Below, piece after piece: positions 14,519 to 26,983 of a stretch of DNA of 64,000 nucleotides. This DNA is from Adineta vaga. Lineage: Eukaryota; Animalia; Rotifera. Numbering within the stretch: the stretch's first letter is position 1; the number at the start of each line of letters is the position of its first letter. The stretch covers positions 5,766,001-5,830,000 of the forward strand of contig CP075494.1 in the NCBI GenBank assembly GCA_021613535.1. Reading direction: 5' to 3'. The notes below the pieces were generated by a model. The model worked only from the letters and a program-made list of their open reading frames with translations, was not told where the DNA came from and searched no databases. The position numbers and the translations under genes were made by a program.

Positions 14519-16387
14519 GAATGATGATTGCATCACGGGTGTGCACATTCATACATACACGAGAGAGTTGTTTTGAACTCAATTAGAAATTTACTGCTGT
14601 TCGAATGATTATCTCAAGGACCATGCTGATTGTTCATATTTACGTTCGTTTTTAATCGTCATTTGTACTAGAGACCTTTGTCTTATCAATCAAAAGAAGA
14701 AATCTATACTTCATTGAACAGTGAAAAAGGTGTGAAATTAATTTGTTCGATTGATTCATTTTACTGAAACAAATTTTCGTATTTGATATGGTTTGATATG
14801 ACTCAATTAGAAGCATTCAATTAGAACGAAGACTCTGAAAACAAAAAAAAAACAAAATCTTCATGAAATCCCGATTGTTTTTCTTTTTTCATGTTAGTCT
14901 CCAAAGAGACAATATACATGTGTCAATGTCTAGACTTAATCGATGACGGACGGCCCCTTGCGGTGTATTCCAATCAGATTTGTATATGTATATCATGCTG
15001 TGTTTAAGATATTCTTGATGATCATGATTATTCTTCTCCCAAGATGAACTAAATTTTGTTTTTCTAACAGAACCAGTTCGATGTGATAAGAGTGAAACAG
15101 ATTTTTCTTTTCCTTTTCCTTTTCTCAACGATCTTCACACATGATTTAATTGTGCATGTATATGTGTTCATGGATATATTGAGCATATATAACACACTCA
15201 TCTGTTTACTCTCTTCACACATAGTGTTACAAAATGAAGTGAAAAATCCATTACATATTTACACTTATTTCGATCGAAAAGAAACGTTTAACAAATCGCG
15301 TGACAAATTATTATCTCAATGATCGATCTTCTGTTTTAGTGTCAAAGAAAACTCAAGATGACGATTTAGTCAAGTGAAAAAATCTCCCGTCAACTGATGG
15401 CTATCGACAGAATTATCGTTGGAAAAATTCATATAATTAAACATTAAAGACGAGTAGATGCTCTTTTTTTTCGAGTTCGCTAACCAGCTGTTGTTATTGA
15501 ATGATTGAAGGGAAAAGGTCATCGATACTTATATGAATAAATAAAACGTTTTATTTTTTTTATTTTTGACAATGTTCGTGAACGGATAGTTTTACATTTC
15601 TTTTTTTTTCATTACAGAACACAAATACGAAACTGTTCATTTGTCAATCAAATATAATCAGATATCAACTCACTTTTCTTGAAATGTCAAAGAACAACTG
15701 TTAGTCAATCTTGATGTATCCGCCTTCTATTTCTCAATGAAATGAATGATAATATAGTTTCATTGATCACGTCTAAGAAATGATCTTATTAGTTCTTGTT
15801 GAAATTAAACATTTCGATTTTCTCGTAAAAGATATGAATTTAAATTCTAATATAGAATAGAAACAGAGAAGTTCATCTGATAGAAAAAGAAATCATGTAC
15901 AAAATCGACTGCTTGACAGACATTATTATAAAGGAAACAAAGATTGAATTGATCTGCATCATAACAACAGAATACTCGATAAAAACAAATGAGATAATAA
16001 TAACAATTGCTGATATAATTTGACAAACTGTATGTATTGAACTATAAAATCGTCAATAAAGAATAATTGAGAGTAAATTCTCTCTTGCTGAAAACACAAG
16101 AAGATAATTAACATTCAGAAGAATATCTCTGATGCTTTCTTAATAATTTTATTTAAAAACTACTGATGATATTAAGAGCCAAATAATAAAAGTTTCTTTT
16201 TTCGATTACGAGCGACATCATTATTATAGTTAATCACCTACGCCCCTTATAAAATGTTTGAAAAAGAACAGAAAGAGGCAACTTATTACTTTTCGCAGTT
16301 AAGCTTTTTGTTTTATTCTTCTACATGTTTTTTCTTTATTATTGTTGATATTTGTAACACTACTAAGGTCATTAATCAAATATTGAT

Positions 16388-18021
16388 ATGTTTTCTTCAA
16401 TGCATAATACAGAAACTGTACCGGAAGGTCCAACAGATATGCCAGTATTACAAGTAATATGAAGTTCTAATTAAACTATATCATATATTGGATTTTGATA
16501 GGATATGATCAATGATATACGTGAATCGAGTCCTTTTTATGCACAAACAAGCAGTAGAAGTGAGTCATTCGGTTTTGACGATATATATTTAAATATACAT
16601 TTTTCTTTTTATAGGTTTATCTGCTGATGATCTTTTGCTTAATGAAGCACTTGCTTTTACAGATTCCACAGAAAATAATGAAAGTAGTAGTATTGATGTT
16701 ACAGATGCATCAAGTGAAAAATCATCAGGTAAAGTTTTATGTGGACTGAATAACTCATAATAAATATTCTGATAAATTTAGAAAGTCTTGTGGATGGTCT
16801 TATGTCTTCTAGTAAATGTATTTCACTTGCATTAAATAATCAAACACCTTCTGTTGCTCCTGTATATTCAATACAATCTGTTGAATCTAAACCTGTTCAA
16901 CCAATATCTTCACCACAAACTGGTACTGTAGAACCGATTGTAATACCACCACCCGGTACGCTTACTTAAAGAAAAACGTGTTCTTTACTTCGATTTTTAT
17001 TACATCATTACAGAACCAGTGACAACGAATGCAAAAGTATCACCACAAAAACCGCATATAATGATAAGTTATAATAGATCTTGTCAAGAAATGTGTCAAC
17101 GAATTCGTAATAATCTCAAAGTAATAAAAATTATATCCATAAGAAAGACAAGATCTATTTTATTTCATTCACAGGCTTTAAAATATATCGTCTGGATGGA
17201 TATCTATGACATGCGTAATAATTTTATTGATGGAATGGCGAAAGCAATTGGAAACTCCTATATTGTACTTATGTGCCTGAATCAAAAATATGATCGTAGT
17301 TTTTGGTGTAGAAAAGGTAATGAAGATTTTATTTTGGAAAACAAACGGTTACTAGACGATCTTTATATGTATATATATATATATATCTAGAAGCTGAAGA
17401 TATTTGTATAAAACAGATCAAATTTATTCCATGTTTTATGGAAGATCCCTATACTCCAGATTCTTGGTTAGCTCTTCTTCTTGGTGCTAATATCCGAATT
17501 GATTTTTCAAATAATGATAAATTTGATGAATCATTCAAAGATTTAATCAAACAAATTTCTTTTATTGAAGAGGAATTAGCAACAAATCCACGTAAGTTTT
17601 ATTTCTTTTTCGATTGAAAATAGATTGCAATGAAGTCAATATTTATATAGGAGAGTCTGCGCCACCAACCCCAACCATTGTCATTTCTCCAAACTCAACT
17701 ATTGAGACATTTGATACAATTTTACATAATTTTAAAACTTGGGTTGAAGATAATCGTGATAATTTAAAACGTTTTAATCGAAAGCAATCTGCTCGACTGA
17801 TAAATGAACTTATTCAAAGTTTAGAACATGATCAAAGTACTTCCGACGATGAAAACAAACGTGAACTTCTTCAACAATTACTTTCAACAACATCACAAAA
17901 CCAAACTGATCTTTTGCCGAGAATAGTCTATAGTTTAGCCGGTTCGAATCTTTTAGCAATTAAAGGTTTAATTTTTATCATGGCATTATGGGCTGTGAGA
18001 GTTGTTTTTAATAAAAATTGA
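16388..18021 (+). CDS. TIR (TIR_2-like) domain protein with Ser/Pro-rich N-terminus and C-terminal transmembrane anchor
   Basis: Spliced product has KPHIMISYN..IVWMDI..GMAKAI..SYIVLMCL..YDRSFWCRKEAE..KFIPCFME..WLALLLG..IDFS. It ends LLAIKGLIFIMALWAVRVVFNKN*. The start codon is approximate. Confidence 0.82.
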
Positions 18022-18127
18022 TTTGACTGAATATATTAAATCAAGAATAAGATTGAATATACTGCATATTTTTAACAAGTCTTGTTTTTATTCAATGCAA
18101 AGAGAAAAAAAACATTTAGATTCTATT

Positions 18128-18712
18128 TTAAACTACAATATATCGTATATTTCTACAAGGCATTTTGTTTGATTTCGTATTCACATGTTCGATAACTAAA
18201 TTCAATGAATGTTGTATCTGATTAGATAGATTTGGTGTAACGCGTCCACGTAATTTCAATAATTCATCTTGTGTATAATGGTATCTTGGTTTTTTTGATT
18301 CAATATCGTATGATTTTCGTTGTTCAATAGCTAATAATGATTCAAGTAGAACAGCTGAACCTTCAACATTCTCTGCAATGGATAATAATTGATCTCGATA
18401 GAATTTAATATCAATCGGAGAGTCGAAATCATTAAATAAATGTGAAAATCGAATACGAGATGCTGTTTGAGAAATATATTTACAAAGAGTAAAAAGATGA
18501 TCGATCTCTGTGCGAGAAGATGTTGATGCAACTACTACGTTCGTCATACCTGACACGAATGATGAAAAAACTGCTGACATAGGTAATGATTCATCCATCT
18601 CAAATGGCTTTTTTCCTTTGGAAATTTCATTCAATGAGTCACGTAAAAGGGAAAATTTCTCTTTATGATGAGGACGACGAAAAATTTTCAAACACTTTCG
18701 CCTCGATTTCAT
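18128..18712 (-). CDS. Hypothetical intronless protein with an eIF4E-binding-like motif (YTQDELL)
   Basis: 194-aa ORF with protein-like composition; RYHYTQDELLKLR near the C-terminus. Confidence 0.6.
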   Translation of the reverse strand: MKSRRKCLKIFRRPHHKEKFSLLRDSLNEISKGKKPFEMDESLPMSAVFSSFVSGMTNVVVASTSSRTEIDHLFTLCKYISQTASRIRFSHLFNDFDSPIDIKFYRDQLLSIAENVEGSAVLLESLLAIEQRKSYDIESKKPRYHYTQDELLKLRGRVTPNLSNQIQHSLNLVIEHVNTKSNKMPCRNIRYIVV

Positions 18713-18847
18713 GAGAAAATTTTTATTATGATAAATGAATATTTTACTGCATTAAAAAATATAACCTTCATGCAGTTTGTAATCAAAGATAAAACTCCAC
18801 CAGGCGAAGGACAGATACGTAGATAAGATATCCAACGAAATTAGTCT

Positions 18848-20983
18848 TCATCTTTCTCGTTGTGTCACAGGTCCCATTAAACCTGTTGATGCTGTATGAT
18901 TACTTGATGTTTGTCGTTGTTTAACTAATTTATTCGTTAGATCTTCTTTTATATTCTTGCAAAGTCTTTGTGAACATAAGAAACCCAAACAAATGAACAT
19001 TCCCGGAAGAGAATTGACAGTTTCAAATAAAATCCATGCCCAATTCTGTTGAATAACAAGTGCATTGATCAATAAAATCCATTGTAAACCCATTAATGAT
19101 GCTAAACGTGCGTAAATTAAAACGAAATTATTTGTTGATGATTTATTTGCTAATTTTGCAACTTTATGTGAATGATGAATAGCAAAAATTGTTTTGATAA
19201 ATAAAATAATAATCATTAAAAGTAAAACACCAATGGGAAGAAGAAAAAATGTAATTAATGCATTGGATTTTGAAATTGAACAGATAAAGTCGCCATAATT
19301 TGGTGAAAAACTTGATTGTGGATTGAAATGTTGAATTAGACATGCAATGAGAATGATAAAACCAGTTAAACACCAAATAAGAATATTATAATTAAGTAAA
19401 TATTGATTTTCTAAACGATGTTTTTCTTGTCGAACAAGTTGTTGATAATGAAATGTAGAATAAATATGATATGCAATGATAAATAACCAAAAAAATGATG
19501 ATAAATAAAAATAATGAATTAAGATGCCGAATGTTAAACAAAGAGATGAATATGGTTGAAGATCAGAGGTGAATAAAAATACCGATTGACCAAAAAATAT
19601 TGAAAAAGATAGACAAAGAAGACATTTACCCGGAAGATTATGTAAAGATGGAATTAAATAGAATGCAACGATGAATAAAATAAGACATACAAGAGATATT
19701 GATGTAGAAATTGTTGATAAAATATGACGATAGAATGGAAATTTCGGTCGGATTTTCTTCCAATGATCTGCACAGAAAATAAGTTGATGATCGTTTAAAA
19801 TTATATATTGATATTTAGTTAGTTGAATCGATTCAGTAATTAAATATAAACTTCCATTTGGAAATCGAATGGATTTTTCTGATGTTAAAATAGGATGGGT
19901 ACATTGGAGTGAGATCATTATTTGTTGTTTCAATTGTGGTAATTCTAAACATTGTCTTTTGAATAAATGATAGAATTCATTGGATTTCGGACAAGTATAA
20001 CTTAATGAATAGATCATTTCCGTTGTAAGATTTCGATTCAAATCAGAATTGAAATAATATTTAAGAAGTGTTGGATTAAAAAGAATTGATAATGGGGGAA
20101 ACATCTGTTGATCAGCAGGAAACATCCCTGAAGCTAATTTGGGATCCGAACAGGTAATTTGAGAATGAGATTTTCTATTACATTCTGCACAATATCGATT
20201 TGGATAAACAATATTTGAATTGTTCTCATAACGATAAGCAATACCAGCTAAAGAACAATTTCGTGCGAGATCTCTTGATATTTCGGATGGACAAGTTCGT
20301 GGAAGTGATTTTTTGCAAGGTCGAATGAAAATTGAAGGTTTATTTGTTCCAGAAATACGTGGATAAACAATTGTTTTCGTACAATTTTGTGTTAAATTAA
20401 AAAGATAATTATTTACTTCTTCGATTGTGTTTTTCATCATTTGTTGAGAGGATATACTTCGATTTTTGCCACAATATGCAACATATTCCCATGATTGAAC
20501 ATTGAGATCTGCATCATTGTTACAGTAAGCGCAGAAATAATTTCGATAAGTAATATTACTCTGTAAACTTGTTACGGGAATCCATAACAACGGATTATTT
20601 TTGAACGATTGATTATGAAGATTTCGACAGTAAACATCAGAGGATGAACCAATATACATTGGTAAACATCGAGTACGCATCCACACTGATAATGGAGCAA
20701 CCTTCAATGGTTTGTCTACAAGCGTTGGTGAAAGGAAATCCGTACATTCATAATAAGTTTTTCTTGAATTTGAAAATGAATGTTCACAGCAATCGCCGTA
20801 TTGTTTGCAAACAACGTCACAAAAACAATTTCGAGACCGAATAAAGATTTCGTCTTTGTAGATTGATGGAGAGATTGTTGTTGAATTTGAACAAGAATCT
20901 CGAATTGAACATTGTTCATTATGATCATTGATAAAACAATGCGAAGATAAAAACAGAAGAAGAAATATATAAGACGGTTTCAT
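18848..20983 (-). CDS. Class B (adhesion/Methuselah-like) GPCR with Cys-rich somatomedin-B-like ectodomain
   Basis: Signal peptide; CFCDVVCKQYGDCC; TYRNYFCAYCN; LHNLPGKCL, HYFYLSSFFW and LMGLQW 7TM motifs; intronless 711 aa. Confidence 0.88.
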   Translation of the reverse strand: MKPSYIFLLLFLSSHCFINDHNEQCSIRDSCSNSTTISPSIYKDEIFIRSRNCFCDVVCKQYGDCCEHSFSNSRKTYYECTDFLSPTLVDKPLKVAPLSVWMRTRCLPMYIGSSSDVYCRNLHNQSFKNNPLLWIPVTSLQSNITYRNYFCAYCNNDADLNVQSWEYVAYCGKNRSISSQQMMKNTIEEVNNYLFNLTQNCTKTIVYPRISGTNKPSIFIRPCKKSLPRTCPSEISRDLARNCSLAGIAYRYENNSNIVYPNRYCAECNRKSHSQITCSDPKLASGMFPADQQMFPPLSILFNPTLLKYYFNSDLNRNLTTEMIYSLSYTCPKSNEFYHLFKRQCLELPQLKQQIMISLQCTHPILTSEKSIRFPNGSLYLITESIQLTKYQYIILNDHQLIFCADHWKKIRPKFPFYRHILSTISTSISLVCLILFIVAFYLIPSLHNLPGKCLLCLSFSIFFGQSVFLFTSDLQPYSSLCLTFGILIHYFYLSSFFWLFIIAYHIYSTFHYQQLVRQEKHRLENQYLLNYNILIWCLTGFIILIACLIQHFNPQSSFSPNYGDFICSISKSNALITFFLLPIGVLLLMIIILFIKTIFAIHHSHKVAKLANKSSTNNFVLIYARLASLMGLQWILLINALVIQQNWAWILFETVNSLPGMFICLGFLCSQRLCKNIKEDLTNKLVKQRQTSSNHTASTGLMGPVTQRER

Positions 20984-21879
20984 GTGTTATTTTGATCTTG
21001 TCAAATGTTAACTCTGACAATATTCATCGTTATTTGTCATAGCTATAAGATAGTAAATAATTGTCATCAGGCGTTGTTTTTTTTCCTGTTGTCATTTATT
21101 TGACATCAATAAAAAAAAGAAAGATTGGCGAACAAAGAAAAAGAATATGGCAGGTTATAAGTTATTAACTCACTCTCTCTCTCTCTCTCTTCCTCTTTCA
21201 TGACAATATTACTTATTAAACAAAACGTGAAATGATAGACATAGAAATCCGACTTTTATTATCGAACAGAGTGAACTTTTGAGAAACATCCAAAAAATGT
21301 TGATTAATTTGTAAATATAACCTTTATGATTCGCAATCAATAGTGCGCACATAAAATGAATGAAGTCTTTAAACATTGATCATACTCTACTATAGATCAA
21401 TTTATAGACATTTCATAATATCTTAATAACAATCATTCACGATGTTTGATATATCAAGTTCAGAGAATGGACAAAAGATATGAATGGCGAAAGATATATT
21501 TCATCATTTGCCATTCTTTCGTAATTTCACGAAACACTTTAGCTTTTCAATACACATGAAATTGAATTTTATTCCCAAAGTATGGTAAAAATTCCATTCA
21601 GTTAGTTCTTTCCCATGACAAAATATTAAAACTTTTTTCTACAAAAACCTGTCATTATCTTGTCTATCTTGATAAGACACCGTCTACTTAGCAAAGGAGT
21701 ACTTTCAGCACAATGACAATGGACAAAATGAGATGTATGATCTACTGATATTATTCGTCATGATATATTTTTTCTGCCTGTTTTAACCGGGAATTAAAGA
21801 GGAAAAAACCCCAAAATCATGTTTTTTTTCCTGTCCTCTTCCTTTCTCTTCCTTGGAATCAAATACACAAACGTATCTG

Positions 21880-21914
<35 letters not shown>
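21880..21914 (+). repeat. Compound (CA)n(TA)n microsatellite
   Basis: About 10 AC units followed by about 7 AT units. Confidence 0.85.
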
Positions 21915-22125
21915 TTAGACGTGTTTTTCTTTTCTTTTTCTATTTCGTTTGTGTTCGTTTTGTCTCACAACTGAGATATAGTCGTTGCGCAAAGTAATAA
22001 AATCGAACATACTCAAATTCTATTAAACATTTGAGAAAATTCTAGAATTTCTATTATTCATTCGTTATCGAAAGAGAACAGTATAAAATAAAAGGACTAC
22101 TCACTTTTCTTCTTCAAATACAATC

Positions 22126-23052
22126 ATGAAGCAACAACAATTGCGAACTAACCAGAAAAAATCAAGTGAGTAATTAAGTTAGTTTTCATGACGTTTTTTT
22201 TTTCTAAATATTTTTTATCATTTTTTCAGAACGTAAAAATATTCTCAATGTACAATTGGATATAAAATGCAGGTAATCAATTAGAAAAGTTATTGCATAT
22301 TTTGTGAAACATTGAAATTATTTTAGTTGTTCAATGAAGACAAACAATGCAATTATTCAGGTAGAATTTATATTTGATTATTTTTCAATATTTATCCATT
22401 AATTTTATATAGTTTGCTCGAAGATATCTTCAATGTAAAACTATTATGCCTATTCGAACGATTCGATTATTCATCGAATCAATAATACCTTATTCATCAA
22501 TGATCAAAGTAATTATTCATTCTGTTCTCTTTTGATAAAAGTAACAATAAAGAAAATATTCATTTTCTCGCTTATTAGATCTCAATATTTGATGCTGATG
22601 ATCGTTTATTAAAAGATTCAGATCGTCTTTGTTCATTAAAACATACGACAAATGTATCGAACTATATTCCTCTCTATTTTACTGTAATTAATTCCATCAC
22701 ATCTCTAACTAATTGTTCATGTTTATCACCATCAATCGAATTTAATTCTTCCTCGACAATAATTTCATCAGATAAAATCGATCAAATCTTATCGACATAT
22801 TCGGTACGTCAATCGATCTCAACAAATCGACCTTCTTCCTTTCATATCTTCAAATTTTTACCAACTAAATTCGATATTGAACTTGACGAAGCAAGCATCA
22901 ATCAAATAACATCAGAATTCGGTGAAATCTGTCCTTCGTTATGCAATCTAGAACGATGTGCAAGTATGCAAGATTGTTCACTGGATGTTCCGCTTGATCT
23001 TAGTATGAAAAGTCACGCGTTAACTTCGCCAATAAAATGGATCGAAACGTAA
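22126..23052 (+). CDS. Five-exon gene: RAWUL (PCGF/BMI1-type ubiquitin-like) domain without RING, plus C-terminal PLDLS motif
   Basis: Absent from the ORF track. Spliced: MKQQQ..FARRYLQCKTIMPIRTIRLFIE..KISIFDADDRLLKDSDRL..YIPLYFTV..DVPLDLSMK..WIET*. All junctions are GT-AG and in frame. Confidence 0.72.
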
Positions 23053-23805
23053 ATGAGTCATTTCGATATGTAGCAGTATGTTAATGTATTGTTAAGTTCT
23101 TATTTTGATTTTTAAAACAAATGATTAATTTAGAATGTCATTATTTTGACATAGAATTACGTCATATCTATGTTGACTCATTTATTTCATCAGTAAATTA
23201 AATAGAAAGAAATATTTCATTTCTAGATGAAATACAAAACTAAAAAGTGTCGTTTATGAATTGATCATCAAAGAAGACTTTTTTTTATTATAAATATATC
23301 CTGTTGACTAATTTAACTAACAGCTTTAAGTAGAATATATAAGTGTCCTTTTATACACTTTAAGAGGAAAAGTACAGATGTCAGCATGCATCTTCTGTTC
23401 ATCGGAAATGATCAAATCCTAGTTTAAGTGTATCATCCTACCATTTATTATTGTTTAAAATGAAGCAATAGCACAAAATGAACTAGAACAACAAACTGTG
23501 ACACATGAAATTAAAAGAATAACTATCTTCCTGTGCAATTACATAAGACAACATCAAGAAAACAAAAACAAAGAAGAAAAACGACCTAAAAAGAAACAGA
23601 AAAATCAATGAAAGGATCAATATGAAAATGAGGAGAGAAAAATGAATCTAAAAACTTAGTCTCCTTAATATGACATTCTAATGACTAGAAATATCAATTT
23701 CGTTTTATGTTGATTTTGTTTCTATAGGATAGATATTAACATATGCACTGCAGAATGATTTGAGATTCCAACTCATAGCCAAATTTATATACATATAGAA
23801 AAGAA

Positions 23806-25073
23806 TTAATTCGGTCGACGAATGTGAAAAATCCGATGTAGAAAATGTCGATGATTGTTATCATGTCGTCGATTACGATTTAGACTTGTTGATGAAGGAG
23901 AATTCGATTGATTAGTTGTACGACCAGGAGTAACGGATGACGAGGTATTGGAATTTAATGGAGGTAAATCATTGGCATCAAGTACTGTTACAATACAATT
24001 GCCTCGATTATCATGAGAAAATTTTGTTCCTAAATTGAAAGAACTGAATTTAGTCAAGAAATGAATAATTAAATAATCAATATACCAGATGACGAGATTG
24101 TTCCACTATGATGTTGTTCATCTCTCGAATGAATGACAATACGTTGATTGAATTGACGCCAACGAATACAAAGCTATATGTATAAATATATATGATAAAA
24201 GTTAGTTTTAAGACGAAATGAACATCATTCGTTACCTGAATATACATTTTACATTGAACATAAAGAAAGACCTGAGAGAAAAAGTTTAAAATAGTTTCTA
24301 TTTCATCAGTTCATTTCTTTCTTACCAATCCACCAGTAAAACCAATAGCAACAACAATTAATTTCGTCCAAAATGGCCAATCTATATTAAACAAAAATCG
24401 AATTGTTTTTTATCATACTAAACAATTGATTTCACATACGAAGTTTTCCATGTTTAACTTCATCTCTTGTCTTTTCGATCAAGACATACAATGACCAAAG
24501 AACACAAGTAACTGCAATTAGATTGAATGCCACTGAACACATGATCTTTCGTCGTTCAACTACATTCATATCCAATTTTTGCCACTAAATATTAACAAAT
24601 TGTTTCTCAAAATTATTCATCAAGAATTCTTATTCCTACCTGTTTAAACGGTTTGATTTCTGAATGCATAATAAATTCGAATTTACATAATTCACATGAT
24701 TTAACACCGGAACTTTTAATCCAACGTTGTAAACATGCTTGATGTAAATATTGCATCGTACCAAGGCAATAACAAGGCGATATTAATGGTTCATCGATCG
24801 TACCCTCACAATGACAAATACGACAAATATCAGGATAATCACTTGTTTTGGAACTTGTCGATGAAAATGAACATTTACTGATTGATTCCGGTGGGATTAA
24901 AGGAGTTTCTACTATTGATTTAGGTGTATAGGCTTCATCGTCATGAGTAAGTGGAATATTCTGTAAAATTTAATCGAAAAATAAGTTCACAATTTTCCTT
25001 TTTCTTTTCTTACTGATTTATCATTTGTTAATTCACTGCTTTGATTATTGATACTAGTTGGGATGGAAGCCAT
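23806..25073 (-). CDS. MARCHF8: MARCH1/MARCH8-like RING-CH membrane E3 ubiquitin ligase
   Basis: [48 protein letters not shown]; two TMs (..VLWSLYVLI; [17 protein letters not shown]). Confidence 0.9.
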
Positions 25074-25525
25074 GACTGTTCTCTAAATGATACAAAATCA
25101 AATTTATTAAAATACACCGTTTTTTTTTCTTTCTCTCTCTCTCTCTATTACATTTTAAATATCACGGAGTCGATATTTTCAGTGGACTCCAATGTTATCG
25201 AAATATTGTTGTTCAAAAGATTGATTCATATTAGATTGGATCTTGTGACGCCATTATTCTAAACAATATACTTTGACAGAAAAGAAGGGTCTGCTTGATA
25301 GAGAACGACATCTGTTGAATAATATTATTCTTTATCACGTTTCATCAAAGAAGTGAATTGCTTATTGATTCATGACAAAGATTTATTTCGTTATAATTTC
25401 AATAATAAAGATTACAATTATCTACTCTCTATTTCCTATCACCATATTTCAATTTCACTGCAAAGCGAGTAAAAAAAGCAATAAATTTTTATCAAATATT
25501 CTTCATTAGATTAAAAAGAAAATAT

Positions 25526-26983
25526 TCATAATTCTTTTCGTCGATCATGAAGCATTTCTAAATAAACACCATTTGTCCATCCAAAACCATCTTGTGTTGC
25601 ATATTCACCACCACCAGCTGGTTTATGAATATCAACGACATCATATTTTTCCATCATTTTACCCGTATTTTCATATACACGTTCATTTAATGCCATCCAT
25701 CGTTGTCGAATTGTTCGAGCTAAATTTTCATAACCAGGAGTTTGTAATAATGCACGATATGTGATATATTGTAATGGTGCCCATCCATTTGGACTATCCC
25801 ATTGTTGTGTACTTTGTTTAGCAACAGTTGTCACCACTCCTCCATCATATAAAAATAATTTTTCAACCTGTTGAGCAACTTGTTGAGCTTGTTCAAGTGT
25901 TGCAACATGTAACCATAATGGATAAAGTCCAGCTAATGTCATTCGATTAGTTCGTTCTTTTTTCGTATAATTATAGTCTGTATAAAATTTCAATTCATCT
26001 GACCACATATATCGATGAATAGCTTGTCGACGTTGTTCAGCTTTGTTTGTTTTTCCTAAAGCTAATTCTAAATGATAAAGTAAACAATTGAGATCGATAG
26101 GAAGAATATCAGCTGTTGATATTGTTGATAAATCAGTTTCATTGTCCATCCAGCGTGAACTAAAATCCCATCCTGATTCTGCACTTGCTCGTAGATGAGC
26201 AAATATATCCGTTCTTTCTGTAAGTTGTGCTGTTGCTGTATCTTCCCGAAAAGCTTCGGGTCTTGGTCGGGTATTTAAATCATCATAATATCGATTAAGA
26301 ATGGTACCATCTTCAAGTATAATTGCTCGTTTTTCCATCCAAAATTGATATTCTATTTCTAATTCATTTCTATATTTTTCCGTTTGTCCAACTAGTTCAG
26401 TCATTAAAACAAAAAATGGTGGCTGAGATCGACCCGCATAATAATATCGATTTCCATTTGGTATATTTCCGATAGTTCGAATCAGATATGCAAAATTTTC
26501 TAACATATTGTTTAATAAATCTGTTTCATTAGATCGAATTAAACCTAACATTGTAAAATATGTATCCCAATAATAAAATTCACGAAAACGACCTCCCGGT
26601 ACTACAAATGGATATGGAACATCGATTAATGTTGAGAAATTTTCTTTCATTGGTGTTCGAGTTAATAATGGCCATAGACGATGGCAATGTTCTTCAATCG
26701 TCCAAGTTTCATTGACATCAATTGTTGTATTTGGTATCAGAAAATGTTCGAAAACGAAGGAAGAAAGATCAAACGTTGGTTTAGATTTTTCTTCTCGATA
26801 ATGTTCAAGAATCTGTTCAGGTGTTATTTGACGAGGTGTAACATCACAAAATGTTTTCGAATCAGAAAATATCTGTGCTGATTGTACATCTTCGAATAGT
26901 TCCTGATAGACTTCATCGGGTGATTGAGACATCACTGAAAAAAGATTTGAAAAAATTACGAAATACGAATAGATATTCTTCAT
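25526..26983 (-). CDS. GH37 trehalase, bacterial TreA/TreF-like, intronless (alternative start at ATG 26932)
   Basis: VPGGRFREFYYWDTY, IPNGNRYYY.GRSQPP, RPRPEAFRED, AESGWDFSSRW, QQWDSPNGWAPLQ, GGGEYATQDGFGWTNGV. Confidence 0.95.
   Translation of the reverse strand: MKNIYSYFVIFSNLFSVMSQSPDEVYQELFEDVQSAQIFSDSKTFCDVTPRQITPEQILEHYREEKSKPTFDLSSFVFEHFLIPNTTIDVNETWTIEEHCHRLWPLLTRTPMKENFSTLIDVPYPFVVPGGRFREFYYWDTYFTMLGLIRSNETDLLNNMLENFAYLIRTIGNIPNGNRYYYAGRSQPPFFVLMTELVGQTEKYRNELEIEYQFWMEKRAIILEDGTILNRYYDDLNTRPRPEAFREDTATAQLTERTDIFAHLRASAESGWDFSSRWMDNETDLSTISTADILPIDLNCLLYHLELALGKTNKAEQRRQAIHRYMWSDELKFYTDYNYTKKERTNRMTLAGLYPLWLHVATLEQAQQVAQQVEKLFLYDGGVVTTVAKQSTQQWDSPNGWAPLQYITYRALLQTPGYENLARTIRQRWMALNERVYENTGKMMEKYDVVDIHKPAGGGEYATQDGFGWTNGVYLEMLHDRRKEL

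Noticed and set aside
13491-15322. Several ORFs upstream of the protocadherin
   Set aside because: Low-complexity Phe/Leu-rich translations derived from microsatellites and AT tracts; most likely regulatory DNA.
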